Shown here piece after piece: positions 29,501 through 37,941 of a DNA stretch of 64,000 nt. Below the pieces are notes generated by a model, which saw only the letters and a program-made list of their open reading frames with translations, was not told the origin of the DNA and did not search any database. Position 1 is the first letter of the stretch. The number at the start of each line of letters is the position of its first letter. The translations under genes were made by a program, and so were the position numbers. The stretch comes from a virus. The stretch lies in the IMG/VR virus record IMGVR_UViG_3300047462_000120; one strand, given 5' to 3'.

Positions 29501-29583
29501 GCATCGAAATCCGATAAATCCGATTGAGGCTCGTTGCTTGGCTGCTCGTACTGCGGTAGTGGCTTTCTGTTCGCCATGTTCAT
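23563..29583 (-). CDS. Large polyvalent virion/ejection protein (2006 aa) with pyrophosphatase-like (InPase) and C5 cytosine-methyltransferase-like domains
   Basis: AGNYAKGH..NGLDISVENP..HYGYIRGT.G.DKDHID..DEHKVMLGF (about 26740-27080); LSLFDLSG, TPCTDFASSG, LENPVGRI, YTKKT (about 25120-25540); Ala/Gly-rich hydrophobic N-terminal part. Confidence 0.88.
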   Translation of the reverse strand: MNMANRKPLPQYEQPSNEPQSDLSDFDAYVNSVQPPPPPPPQAGVMRTIGDMGIKAAQGVVDYGKSWVGRADLVSGGMAGDALRSVGYDPEATNQFLGDYLSDSQKASDQKVASADGFVNKIIAGVQNPRALMGGIVESLPDIGETYALGGLTAARIGLKAALASDEGMAAAKSVLSAGGTEQAAAQAALQADTAAAKAASAASGVPVKSAAETAINNASNTLHAVGAASMGSISAGNIAETAAENGRSYDDYALPSIAAGVGTGLLTYGTGKLMGDSKLQMATGADSVGVAGNKLMQMGKEALHQGVLQGMPQAAQEQYFTNVANGEPDLMRGVENAAADSLVSGAVMGVGTGALAHGQHAAGQVDPQLVPETGTLTRAANAGQTATAAIANANADLSKSIDYTPTSKPVDPSTVKQPLSLYDPTDPANHPHPNAIDYTAPEKVQNTAGLENLQKFSTMGQPFGLQYLQDAIPRWNMSGEKPLTIIPHADGGYTAAPTRFLSQSILNAVQHLQTPAEPGSMDSILPPISHQALQDMATTRAMFSPTGFGEHAQMEGLLKEDRDRNAAAQAEQSRIEALQQQQAARAAAQQQDEAIKAADARTAAAYKAQADANRAALREQVLSNDAIASENKKDAYAALLKRDGYINPRLTDEDHDYIDDAIRPEASSPNELTDAVPEKVVAPAVRSGKVNTVVVDAAIAQGMRLKTPSGNILHKPGSTKIFKLNDRQRSYYQQAIKAHDVNGNVSSGSLEPGIARKNDQIGLDHAGRNEAQNVSTENTQRAAVDGLARSGRSGANEDQEAHSAPLTALDRAAHEAATSPLNDLAEPTDAQKEAGNYAKGHVRFNGLDISVENPAGSTRSGVARDGTPWETTVQHHYGYIRGTVGMDKDHIDAFIGKHEDSKKVFVVDQANPETGKPDEHKVMLGFNSMQEARDAYQSNYDKDWTGGNNIAETSMDAFKDWLKNGNTKQPFARNAPEGSIVSDVNAAVKVPPGLERARRLKEEREAAKLRAAEAEKERQARAVAPEKTPEQPAAPQKSAEDIAFDSEMADALAHLGDVLGDVFGAKLNITGQQHTAGDLLPALSKVIELLVRKGARSLAQAVTEASKLMRANPAIAPHVDKISPRQWKAAYNAIAEFHPGTDSEMDVANTHPDAVTGYAAPSKPTEANNNPERYKGHSIYMPSMGNGFMARDLKGNGKQFGSFVAGPFATKDGARAAIDASLAAKNTSAAESKPKSVSTAPEHAQNTGTPLNRDVKYDKTADQANKIRQADIDESIVPLTMDKSDFKEITDEWANLFADPDKRTITGQRVKDQPVMSVEAAKKVVEGWKEHAKQQGEQYRSENSQKTVLSLFDLSGEWSKPWKEAGYNVVTMDIQTGQDVHDFSAEYFNENYDLTDVYAILAATPCTDFASSGSRHFAAKDADGRTEASKQLVFQTLRTIEYFRPAVWCLENPVGRIEDLTGLPKARMSFDPNHFGEPYTKKTMLWGNFNADLPTAHVEPTEGSKMWAKYGGKSQATKNARSVTPEGFAYAFFMANNYIDMPKEEKLTAQYPEASGAVKQALKAGVSEQRIHDLISDHYGNYDYADARNALAQEVADIKSGKVQASATADQPAETQADEPKLSAKDLNRLSVKQMSDAQLMQARDELPKRADPIAKEMKLRGLDEPEQATGKSQVIQESIDGKRDAPPTLEKINAEQDGRKPLDPNAIATRYAQLLAEGRKGVSPTPTDFHRQFADDLINKDAYHLKWITNGLNDKSKKVFAEFTGEKLPKAQGAAWEKLKEWAGVTPEQDKAHEKAKAAAFKAKQAAEDAADAEKAASNQRFRTSNEDNTIISGKDVIDRHISEGYTSIENISKGAVPKYALVNRELGRYYPLDKVGRKYAEVALSRLGKSTETKDGNADKRQTVDQAKAEQIEHERELAAAKANGQIVASDADAAHLFGKNDSTEPDLARLPIKPLSDIRVDVDVRDADTGKPSQKSIPADVAMRDVSFRVKALEDFIACMTG
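27162..27365 (-). CDS. Candidate nested gene in the +1 frame inside the 2006-aa protein
   Basis: 67-aa protein-like ORF (YRPVVWNPELHEKMIKLDLTTREEMKRRTF) with three clustered ATGs. The host frame there is a low-complexity linker. RBS is weak. Confidence 0.5.
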   Translation of the reverse strand: MMSMEMYRPVVWNPELHEKMIKLDLTTREEMKRRTFQPKTLSAQRLMDLHDLAVLVQMKIKKRTARH

Positions 29584-29615
29584 GTAATCCTTGTTATTTT
29601 TAATGCGTTAGCGCG

Positions 29616-31763
29616 TTACCATCCAGCCGCTTGGCGCGCGATTCTGATTTGCCTAAGCTGTGCATTGGTCATATAGCCGGAATTGGCATCAAACCAATTT
29701 GAGAAATTCAACCTGTCTGCACGTGATGCTCCAGGCTTGATGAGCGCCAGTTGATCGGGGAGATTTTTATTGACGTTGTCGGTCGCCGTTTGAATGACAT
29801 TTGCACGCCGCGTTAGATCGGCACCACTGAATTTATTCATCAAAGCGATTTTTTGATTTTGCTCGGCGATATTCACGCCGCCCCGCGTCGTAAGAATTGG
29901 GGCAGGATTCGCTGCTGCTCGCCTATCTGATGCAACTTGACGGTTTATCTGGGCGAGCATGGCCTGCTTTTCTTGCATTCCCTCCGCGTTCGGCGGGTTC
30001 CACGCCATGATCAAATCGCGCGAGGGATTATCAAGCCCTTGTTGATCGCCGGTCGGGTTGCCGTTTGCGTCCTTGTAATATGGAGAATCGGGGTCTTTAC
30101 CTGACAGGGGCGGCGCGTTTGGTGCCTGCGCTTGCGCTGGAGATTGCGCAGAGCTGGAACCATTACCGGAATTGCTGGAAGTGATGGGCTGCTGCGGCAG
30201 CCTTTGCAAAGCATTGGCACGCAACTGCGCTAGTTTTTCAGGGTCGCCGCCTGCGGCCTTTATTAGTTTCGCGTCGGTTGAATACGCATAATCGATACCG
30301 CTCATGGTATCGCCACCATTAATGCGCGCTTGCGCCTGGGCGACTTTCCGCGCAAAGGATGCGCCGGAAGGATCAAGCGTCATAACGCCGGTAGTTGGGT
30401 CAGGCTGCGTGTAAATCTTTTGCAGATAGGCATCGTCCTTGTCGTTCCACGTCGGCGCTTGCGGATTGCCCATCGCCGCTATCTTTCTCGCCTCAAGAAT
30501 GCGCTGCTCACGCATGTTATCGTCCTGATTCTTGCGATAGCCTTCCATCGTGTCGGCCTGCTTCATATGGAAAGCATCGTCACGCTGGTAATGCTCATCC
30601 ATCATCTTGGTTGATGCTGCCTTGTCAGCCAATGCCATGCGCTGATCTGCCGACAGCAATTGATACTGCGCCTGCGTCGTATCAATCGTGATCGGCCCGT
30701 TTCGACCAGCCAGCGTCACGAATTTCGTCGGTTGCGAAACACCATTGATGAGCGTGTCACCATCTTGCGCCTTGATGAATCGCGCATCGCGATAGCTGCC
30801 GACGCTATTGAAGCGGTCTAAAGCTTCCTGATACTGGCCTTGCGCCATCAAATCAATCGCCGCATGAACGCCTTCCTGCTTCAGCATGTTGATGTTCCTC
30901 ACTGCTGCGGTATATTCTGGTGGTGAAATTCGCCCATCCATCGATTGCCGATTCAACAGTTCAAGCTGCTGATCCAGCGTCGAATTGAAATTGCTTGGTT
31001 GCGGAATGCCGGTCGCTTGATTGACAATCGACTGATTCGGCGCAACCTGCGCAGCAGAGGCCAAACTCCCGCTTGTTGACGGTTGCGGCGATGCTGCCGA
31101 TTGTGGTGCAGCGGGAGTCGTAGCGTCAGGCGCTACGGAAGACGGCGCACTTGCCGCCGTACCGTCTGCATTTGCTGGCGTTGCAGGCTGGCTGTTCGTA
31201 GCAGATTGTCCTGATCCTGAGCCGTTTGACGATACCGTCGCGGCTGGCGCACGCGGATCGGGAACCGCAACCGGAATGGCAGGGGTTACGGATGGGTCTT
31301 GCCCTTGATCCTGCGCCGGTTGCGCGGTCGGCGATTGCGGCGCTTGTGACGCGGAGTCAGTCGATTGTGCAGGCTGTGCCGGTTGCGCAGATTGATTCCC
31401 GCCGTCGGTTGCCGATTGCGGACTGACCACATTGACCGGAACCGACGTTTTCAATCCACCTACCTTGAAAAGTGGTGAAGGTGTTGCGCCCTGGTTAAAC
31501 TGGTCAGAATTGCCCGCGTCGGTCGGTTGCTGTCCCTGATTCTGCGCCTGTTGCTGCGCGTCGTATTTCGCCTTGATGTCCGCTGCATCCGCGAGATTCT
31601 TGTCGCGATTGGTTTTTGCGATGTTGCGTTGATATTCAACGAAGTCTTGATCTTGCTCCGCGCGCTGCTCCGCTGCCGCAAGCCTATCCTGCTGCGCTTG
31701 ATTGTCTTGGTTGGCGTTAAAGCCTTCGTAACCTGCGCCAAGTCCTGCGAAATTGATTCCCAT
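29616..31763 (-). CDS. Putative internal virion (ejection) protein
   Basis: 715 aa, Q/A/P/S-rich, located between a gp7-like gene and the giant proteins. Confidence 0.7.
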   Translation of the reverse strand: MGINFAGLGAGYEGFNANQDNQAQQDRLAAAEQRAEQDQDFVEYQRNIAKTNRDKNLADAADIKAKYDAQQQAQNQGQQPTDAGNSDQFNQGATPSPLFKVGGLKTSVPVNVVSPQSATDGGNQSAQPAQPAQSTDSASQAPQSPTAQPAQDQGQDPSVTPAIPVAVPDPRAPAATVSSNGSGSGQSATNSQPATPANADGTAASAPSSVAPDATTPAAPQSAASPQPSTSGSLASAAQVAPNQSIVNQATGIPQPSNFNSTLDQQLELLNRQSMDGRISPPEYTAAVRNINMLKQEGVHAAIDLMAQGQYQEALDRFNSVGSYRDARFIKAQDGDTLINGVSQPTKFVTLAGRNGPITIDTTQAQYQLLSADQRMALADKAASTKMMDEHYQRDDAFHMKQADTMEGYRKNQDDNMREQRILEARKIAAMGNPQAPTWNDKDDAYLQKIYTQPDPTTGVMTLDPSGASFARKVAQAQARINGGDTMSGIDYAYSTDAKLIKAAGGDPEKLAQLRANALQRLPQQPITSSNSGNGSSSAQSPAQAQAPNAPPLSGKDPDSPYYKDANGNPTGDQQGLDNPSRDLIMAWNPPNAEGMQEKQAMLAQINRQVASDRRAAANPAPILTTRGGVNIAEQNQKIALMNKFSGADLTRRANVIQTATDNVNKNLPDQLALIKPGASRADRLNFSNWFDANSGYMTNAQLRQIRIARQAAGW

Positions 31764-31778
31764 GATCTGCTTTCCTTA

Positions 31779-32552
31779 TCAAGTACCAAGGCTTTCGCCA
31801 TCGGAATTTGTCCATCCATCGTTGCCGCCGCTGTACATATTTTGTGAAGTCATGCCGTTAGGGGCTTCGCTGAACGATGGCTCCCAATTGACTTTTGAAA
31901 GACCATTGATGAAGCCGGAAGTCAAAGCACCCATGCTAGAGGCGGTACCCGATGCAAGACGTTGCTGATTGTTGGCGACAGCCATTGCGCCATTAGCGGC
32001 GTTGGCAAGCCCGGTCGATGCATTGGTGACCAAGTTTTTGCCCAGTCCAAGCGAGTCCATTTGTCGGCCCCAGGCTTCATTCTTGATATTCATGCGCGCC
32101 TGCGTTTGCGCTGTTGCGCCCATTGCCGCGCCCTTGATTTGCAAATCAGTGTTTGCGGCTTGCGCAGCGGGACTGGATGGATCAAGCCCCGGTGTGCGGG
32201 CAAGATTGGCTTGCGCTTGACCTATTTCACTGGAAACATTGGCTTGAGCCGCACCTGCTGCCTGATCTTCGTTGGCCTGCGAATCGAAGTTCTGCGCGGT
32301 GTTGACCATCTGCCCTTCCATGGGCTGATAAATCTGCTTATAGGTGTTGTACTGATCTGTTGCGATCTGACCTTGATAAGCATTTGCATTCGTCGCTTGC
32401 TGGCTCGCGGATGCGGCCTTGTTCGCAGCGCTGTTGGACGCGATACCGCCGACAACCGCCGCCCCCGCAATTGCAGCGGCCACTTTGCAATAGCGAACAT
32501 CGCCATTGAGCATGTCGTTTTGCTTTCGTTCGCTTCTAAGAGCGCGAGGCAT
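31779..32552 (-). CDS. Putative DNA-transfer/ejection protein (P22 gp7-like position and composition)
   Basis: Strong RBS AGGAG; basic leader then VAAAIAGAAVVGGIASNSAANKAA; A/G/N/Q-rich. Confidence 0.7.
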   Translation of the reverse strand: MPRALRSERKQNDMLNGDVRYCKVAAAIAGAAVVGGIASNSAANKAASASQQATNANAYQGQIATDQYNTYKQIYQPMEGQMVNTAQNFDSQANEDQAAGAAQANVSSEIGQAQANLARTPGLDPSSPAAQAANTDLQIKGAAMGATAQTQARMNIKNEAWGRQMDSLGLGKNLVTNASTGLANAANGAMAVANNQQRLASGTASSMGALTSGFINGLSKVNWEPSFSEAPNGMTSQNMYSGGNDGWTNSDGESLGT

Positions 32553-32553
32553 A

Positions 32554-33018
32554 TCAATCTCCTAGATATTTTGTGTAAAGTGTTTCGGTGGCGGTGAAGC
32601 CCAGGTATTCAAAGAGGCGACCGCTTTTGCCATCTGCCGTGTGGAGCTTTGCGCCAGTGAATAGCTTCCTGACGCCCAGTTTTTTCATTTCCTCTTCCAC
32701 CTTTTTGAATAAGCGGATGCCAATGCGTCCCTTGCGGTATTGCGGCAACAGGTAATAGACATCGGTAATGCCGTGCAAAGTGCTGAGGTAATGCAAGTGG
32801 CCGCTGACGATGGCGACGTGATAGCCAATCATGTTGCCGTCGTCGCGCACCGTGACCACTTGCAGGTTTCCGGCATCACATATCGCCTGATATTTATCGC
32901 GTGCGATATCGAGCGGTACCTTGTCCTGTCCGAGTGCAATTTCGTGCCAATGCCGAACGAGGATTGGCTCCATGTCTGGCAGCGCGTCTGCCCATTTTTC
33001 TACTTGGTAGGTAATCAT
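32554..33018 (-). CDS. GNAT-family acetyltransferase
   Basis: YYLLPQYRKGRIGIRLFKKVEEEMKKLG acetyl-CoA motif; FEYLGF. Confidence 0.85.
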   Translation of the reverse strand: MITYQVEKWADALPDMEPILVRHWHEIALGQDKVPLDIARDKYQAICDAGNLQVVTVRDDGNMIGYHVAIVSGHLHYLSTLHGITDVYYLLPQYRKGRIGIRLFKKVEEEMKKLGVRKLFTGAKLHTADGKSGRLFEYLGFTATETLYTKYLGD

Positions 33019-33584
33019 TTCGATGTACGGATATCGACGATCAAGTGGATGCGATCGGTCTGGCCCTCGTTGCGTACTTCGTGTTCGACGGCGTTATCGA
33101 ACCACCACACTTCGCCTACACGCATATTCAATACTTCATCGCCACATCGGAAATGCGATTGCTCATTCGATGCAATGACGATATGAAAACGGTCGTAGTA
33201 GGCGGCGTGCGCGGCGGTATCCGCATGCGGATAGATGCGCCCGCCAGGAGCGATCTTGTTGACCATGCAGCGGCCAAGGCGTTCGCCTGCCACGCGCGAC
33301 ATCAATTGCATGATCAAGATGCGCGCTTCCGGCAACACCTTGTATGGCGGGTAGTCGATGGATTCGTGCTGGTCGTAGGTACTCAGGTGCTTCTTTACTT
33401 CCTCTTCAGTCTCGTACACTGACTTGACTGGAAAACGCAACATGATCGACTCGATTTCACCGAATGGGCCTTGCGGGTAGTCACGCAGATACGTGTCTTC
33501 GCGCCACAACTCAGGGCGACGCTTGATCGCAAGCGCCAATGGGAGGATGTCCACGCCATCGGCGACTTTCATAAAATTTTTCAT
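33015..33584 (-). CDS. Aspartyl/asparaginyl beta-hydroxylase-family 2OG-Fe(II) oxygenase
   Basis: IAPGGRIYPHAD, RFHIVI, GEVWWFDNAVEHEVRNEGQTDRIHLIVDI. Confidence 0.9.
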   Translation of the reverse strand: MKNFMKVADGVDILPLALAIKRRPELWREDTYLRDYPQGPFGEIESIMLRFPVKSVYETEEEVKKHLSTYDQHESIDYPPYKVLPEARILIMQLMSRVAGERLGRCMVNKIAPGGRIYPHADTAAHAAYYDRFHIVIASNEQSHFRCGDEVLNMRVGEVWWFDNAVEHEVRNEGQTDRIHLIVDIRTSK

Positions 33585-33619
33585 TGCTATCCTTTGCATT
33601 AAATTGGGGAATTTTTAAT

Positions 33620-33644
33620 GCGCGGGATTGTAGACATTGTTTCA
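33620..33644 (-). promoter_or_regulatory. Phage promoter-like motif, copy 2
   Basis: GCGCGGGATTGTA-gaca-TTGTTTCA on the plus strand, just upstream of the hydroxylase gene. Confidence 0.7.
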
Positions 33645-33675
33645 CTTTGCGACGTGTGCCTTTTTTCACGTGACG

Positions 33676-34092
33676 CTAAGGCTTTGGATGCGCAGACTTG
33701 ATCGCGTCTATCGTGGAATAGTATTTTTCTAATTTCGATCCATCGCCGCGCGAGGCCCAGTACATTGCGTCGGCAAAATCAGATAGATCGGGATACGACA
33801 GGCGACGCGTTTCCAGCACAGCGCGCAAATGATCATTCGCGCGCTCGGCGTCGCTCCTGGCATCGACGGCTATCCGCTCAGGCATCTTCCAAGTCCACCC
33901 AGGCGGCAGATTGCGCTTTGAAAACAATTCGGCAGGTGTGTAACTACAGAGTGCGCCATTGGCGACATACTGCGTTTCACGATCCGCTTGCGCCGCGATG
34001 ACATTGCCAGTCTGGTACGCAATCATCTCTTCCGGCATAGTGCCTGTCGCAATGATGTTCCCGACATCGTCGTATCGTAAGAAATGCGTCAT
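33676..34092 (-). CDS. Putative tail-fibre assembly chaperone
   Basis: ATGA coupling to the upstream gene; C-terminal RRLSYPDL..DA..AIKSAHPKP pattern. Confidence 0.6.
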   Translation of the reverse strand: MTHFLRYDDVGNIIATGTMPEEMIAYQTGNVIAAQADRETQYVANGALCSYTPAELFSKRNLPPGWTWKMPERIAVDARSDAERANDHLRAVLETRRLSYPDLSDFADAMYWASRGDGSKLEKYYSTIDAIKSAHPKP

Positions 34093-35549
34093 CGCATCAC
34101 TCCCAAAATCGTTACTGCCCAATTGCAGAGTGACCACGTACCGCCGCCCGGCCAATCGTTCGTGAACCACAAGGTAAAACTATGCGTACCTGCGCTTGCC
34201 GTGACCACGTCCGAGGCCACATGTGATGAAGTCAGGCCCGCGTATGCGGTATCGGCTGAATCCAAGACGGTTGCGCCGTCCATCCGAATCTGTACACGCG
34301 TATTGCCGCCCCCGGTAGGCGCGCTGGTCTGCCACGTCACCAATAGCGATACCTTCGTGGCGACTGGATAGGTCACAGTCAGCGATCCGGCGGCAATCTG
34401 ACTCCAGAAGTAGCTTCCTGATCCGCTGAATGTGCCACCGCCGTATCCGCTAACCGAAGCCGGTACCGTTACCGAATTCCCGGCGATTTGCAGCGTGCCT
34501 ATTGCGGCTTGGGCGATGACGCCGCTTTGCGCCGTGATCGTCCCGGTAGCCATGCTTGACGCGGTGATCGAATTCTTGACGACAAGATCACCACGAATGG
34601 AGACTAGCCCGGTTGCCGAATCAATGGCGAACGGCACAATGTCGGGTCTTCCCGGCGAGCCGACAGCGAAGGTATCGGCCAGAACGAGGAAAGAGGAAGA
34701 CGTGACGCCAGTAACGCCAACTGCGCTATTCAGCGAAACACCAGCAACATAAGCTTTTCCCGGTGTCGATAGGTTCATCGACACACTCCATTTTGCATTG
34801 AGGCCGGTCACTGCATCAGTCGCGGTGCTAAGGTTTTGCTGCAACGTCGCCGAACTGATCGGCAAATTAGTCACAGGATCGGTGATCGCTGTCTGCACCT
34901 GCTGCCACTTCGTCGCCGTTGCACCTGTCGCATTGACGGCGGCAAGCTGGTTATCCTGAATCAGCGCAGTATTCCCGCCGATGCTGGCCCATATCGTGTT
35001 GATTGCCGATGCAAGCGAGTTGTCTTTGTTCACCCGGTAGGATTGCTCCAGCGTGTAGGCAGAAACGCTCGACCCAATAGTGGCGTAGATGCCATTGTTG
35101 GCGAGAACGGCGACATCGTTGCTTCCTGCGGTGACGGTCGTGGCATCCTGAATCGCTGACCCGGTCGCTTGCGCTGCCTGCGCAAGATCATAGGCAAAGC
35201 TGCCTTGCACCGTTTCGGGCGAGGCGATCAATTGCACCTGTTTGAACATGTCTTGCCATGCCGGTGACTGCACGATGCTTGATTGCAGTGCATTCGCCAG
35301 TGCGTTCATGGCGGGGGCATTGCCAGTTGCCAGACCGTTCGCAATCGATGGCGCAAGCGCGGCGGTGATTTGATTCGCCACCCCTGTATCCTGCTTGATC
35401 TTCGACATCGTCAGGAATGCGTTGTCGCCATTACCTACATCTCCGTTGCGTACAGCAATGCCGTCACTGATAGCGCGCAGAACTTGGCGCGTGTTGGCGT
35501 CGGTGATCGCGTTGAGCGCTGATTGCGGTATTGCGGGTACGTTTGCCAT
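34089..35549 (-). CDS. Tail/host-specificity protein with DUF1983-like segment
   Basis: AKWSVSM...VAGVSL...SSSFLVLADTFAV..PFAID motif. Confidence 0.75.
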   Translation of the reverse strand: MANVPAIPQSALNAITDANTRQVLRAISDGIAVRNGDVGNGDNAFLTMSKIKQDTGVANQITAALAPSIANGLATGNAPAMNALANALQSSIVQSPAWQDMFKQVQLIASPETVQGSFAYDLAQAAQATGSAIQDATTVTAGSNDVAVLANNGIYATIGSSVSAYTLEQSYRVNKDNSLASAINTIWASIGGNTALIQDNQLAAVNATGATATKWQQVQTAITDPVTNLPISSATLQQNLSTATDAVTGLNAKWSVSMNLSTPGKAYVAGVSLNSAVGVTGVTSSSFLVLADTFAVGSPGRPDIVPFAIDSATGLVSIRGDLVVKNSITASSMATGTITAQSGVIAQAAIGTLQIAGNSVTVPASVSGYGGGTFSGSGSYFWSQIAAGSLTVTYPVATKVSLLVTWQTSAPTGGGNTRVQIRMDGATVLDSADTAYAGLTSSHVASDVVTASAGTHSFTLWFTNDWPGGGTWSLCNWAVTILGVMR

Positions 35550-37393
35550 TACACTTCCTTGAGTCCTTGACCCGATTGTGCCAGTTTCAGACGCTTGAAA
35601 ATCCCACTGCCGATAATCTCAATCTGCCAACGGTCACAAATCGGCAAGCCTGGAAAGGTTTGATATGGCCCCGCCGGTAGACGGAACACGGTTTGCCCGG
35701 TTGGTATTTGCACCGAATAGCCGAGTACGCCATATTGGTAAAAATTGATCGTGAAGTTACCGACACATTCCGCCTGCGCAATTGCAAAGATCGTCGGATC
35801 AGCGAAAATGTGGTTATCGCTTTTCCAGCGCAGCGTCGCATAGTTCCCGCCTGCGAACTGGTTCAACGACGTGCCGTTGACGGTGTACATCTGGTCAGTC
35901 GTGACCAGCACCGACGCCGTTTGCGCTACCAGATTCGGCAAATCCGTCATGGCTCCGTCTGCTTCGTCAAGATCGATCATGAAGGCCGTGAACGCATTGC
36001 TCTTGGAGAAAAATAGGATGCGGCCATCGTAGTAGGCCATCTGCATATCCGACAGCGTGTTATTGCAGCGCGCGCGCCATGTCGCACGCGTAAAAAAACG
36101 TTCGGACAAGCGCATGTCGGCTTGACCACCGTTGATCACGACAATGCCCTCATGCGAGGCGTAGAACACCATGCCCTTAACGTTCAGGATTGCCCACTTC
36201 GACACACCCGCTTGCGGAATGTCGAGTATGGTTTGCGACATGGCGTCCGGGCTGATACCTGATACGAGAACGGGATTGCTCAATGTCGTCACCAACGCGC
36301 CGGTACCACAAGCAACAGCACCGACAACCGCATATTTGAAGACAATCACATAACTAGGAGGCCATGACCAAGGCCGGTAAGCGTCGGAAAACCACATCTC
36401 ATTGCCTTTCCAAGCCGCCAAAATGCCATTGCCCAGGTAAATCAACCCTTGCAGAGCGGGCGGCGGCGGATAGGCATCGAAATACTGTAGCGGCGTGCTA
36501 AGTGAAGCAGAGGTGGATGTGTCATTAACGGCGACAGGCCCAGTCGATCCGAAAGCGGACAGTGCATAGTAATAGTCTGACGACGCGCTACCGTTGGACG
36601 TATGGTAAATGCGCGCCTCGTTGATCGGCACATAGCTACCGTAGCCGTCAAAATTTACTTGCACGGTCACCGTGCTGTACGAAGTCTGATTGTTGTAAGA
36701 GATCGTCTGCACATTGACGACCGTGGCATCGCTTGGCGGGCCTTCCTCGTTGTAAATATTGGCGTAGGTGTAGGTATATGCCCGTGTCTCTGTGAAAACC
36801 TGCACTTGCGCCGCGACAGCAGCATCGCGCGCAGCTTGTGCCGCCGCAAGATCGGATGCCGACTGATCCTGCACGGCTTGCAAGCGGGCTGCATAGGTTG
36901 CCGCCGGTTGCATTGGTACAGCAGCAGCAGCGGCTTGCGCCGCTTGCAAATCTGCCGCGCTTGGCGGTGTGCCTTTCGGCATCGTCGGCAATACCACGTT
37001 GACCACTGGCGCCACTGTTGGCCTGGGAACTCCAACGGTATAGACAGAGGTTGGCGCAGCAGCGTTTGCCGTCGCAAGCGAGCGCGGTGTGACTTGAAAG
37101 CCGCCTATCAGGGAAGTAAAGTACAGTCGATCATTCGCGACGCCGGAACCAAGCGGACTGATCACCGCATCCGTATCGATCGGCCAAGCGTAAAACCGCA
37201 AGCCGTCCTCGCTCCAAATCGAACGCACGGCAAATGGCAATGTCTTCAGATTGAAGTCACTATTGAGCGATACCAATTGACTGGCATAAGAAAAATCAAT
37301 GTTCTCTGCCGCTGTCGCCCCGGTAGGCGGTAATGCCGTATCCGGATAACGGGGAAATAGCCCACCGAAGTTATCGATCTTGACTGGTTGCAT
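35549..37393 (-). CDS. Podovirus tail nozzle/stabilisation protein
   Basis: IDNFGGLFPR...AENIDF N-terminus, FSDAYRPWSWP, beta-rich, 614 aa; positional context. Confidence 0.7.
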   Translation of the reverse strand: MQPVKIDNFGGLFPRYPDTALPPTGATAAENIDFSYASQLVSLNSDFNLKTLPFAVRSIWSEDGLRFYAWPIDTDAVISPLGSGVANDRLYFTSLIGGFQVTPRSLATANAAAPTSVYTVGVPRPTVAPVVNVVLPTMPKGTPPSAADLQAAQAAAAAVPMQPAATYAARLQAVQDQSASDLAAAQAARDAAVAAQVQVFTETRAYTYTYANIYNEEGPPSDATVVNVQTISYNNQTSYSTVTVQVNFDGYGSYVPINEARIYHTSNGSASSDYYYALSAFGSTGPVAVNDTSTSASLSTPLQYFDAYPPPPALQGLIYLGNGILAAWKGNEMWFSDAYRPWSWPPSYVIVFKYAVVGAVACGTGALVTTLSNPVLVSGISPDAMSQTILDIPQAGVSKWAILNVKGMVFYASHEGIVVINGGQADMRLSERFFTRATWRARCNNTLSDMQMAYYDGRILFFSKSNAFTAFMIDLDEADGAMTDLPNLVAQTASVLVTTDQMYTVNGTSLNQFAGGNYATLRWKSDNHIFADPTIFAIAQAECVGNFTINFYQYGVLGYSVQIPTGQTVFRLPAGPYQTFPGLPICDRWQIEIIGSGIFKRLKLAQSGQGLKEV

Positions 37394-37396
37394 GCG

Positions 37397-37933
37397 CTAC
37401 TTATCGGTTGGGGTGTTGTATTGCTCGCGCAAGGCGCTATAGGCGTCTTGTAGCGCCTTCAATTGTTCGGCGTTGGGTTCGCAGACTTCGCGGTAGTTGC
37501 GGGCTGCGAGTTCAAGCTGTTCGCCACAGGAAGAATCAGCATACGTGGCGGTGCTGCCAGTGCCGAATCCAATGGCGGAAGACGTGGACAAGTTACTGCC
37601 GGTACTGGCGTAGAGCATGCCGACAGCAGCGCCAGGGACAGTACAGGTGCCAGCTTTCGCCAGCTTCGCTTTAAGCATTGCAATTTCATTTTCGGTATTC
37701 GCTTTCTGTGCATTGAGTTGATTGGTCAGGTTTGCACCCATCGTAGCCAGTGTTTCAGTTGCGACTTGCTCCTTATTTCGTGCCGTTTCTGTGTCGGACA
37801 CGGTCACTTTCGCAACTGTGACTTGCTGCGCTTGCTTTTCGTATCGGTAACCCCAATACGCGCCCGCACTCACGCTGACGATGATGGTCAACACGAATGC
37901 GAGCCAGATACGTGGATTGAATAAATTCAGCAT
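37397..37933 (-). CDS. Rz: Rz-like inner-membrane spanin
   Basis: N-terminal TM helix plus coiled-coil, downstream of the endolysin, with an embedded lipoprotein ORF. Confidence 0.8.
   Translation of the reverse strand: MLNLFNPRIWLAFVLTIIVSVSAGAYWGYRYEKQAQQVTVAKVTVSDTETARNKEQVATETLATMGANLTNQLNAQKANTENEIAMLKAKLAKAGTCTVPGAAVGMLYASTGSNLSTSSAIGFGTGSTATYADSSCGEQLELAARNYREVCEPNAEQLKALQDAYSALREQYNTPTDK
37459..37689 (-). CDS. Rz1: Rz1-like outer-membrane spanin lipoprotein embedded in Rz
   Basis: Basic N-terminus, hydrophobic stretch and lipobox LSAC, followed by a Pro-rich mature part; alternative frame inside Rz. Confidence 0.8.
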   Translation of the reverse strand: MKLQCLKRSWRKLAPVLSLALLSACSTPVPAVTCPRLPPLDSALAAPPRMLILPVANSLNSQPATTAKSANPTPNN

Positions 37934-37941
37934 GTTTTTCC

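Noticed and set aside
13438-31426. Many long plus-strand ORFs opposite the giant genes (e.g. 15186..15920, 16578..17369, 21450..22268, 26359..27165)
   Set aside because: They are antisense shadows of GC-rich coding sequence, with no RBS or recognisable motifs.
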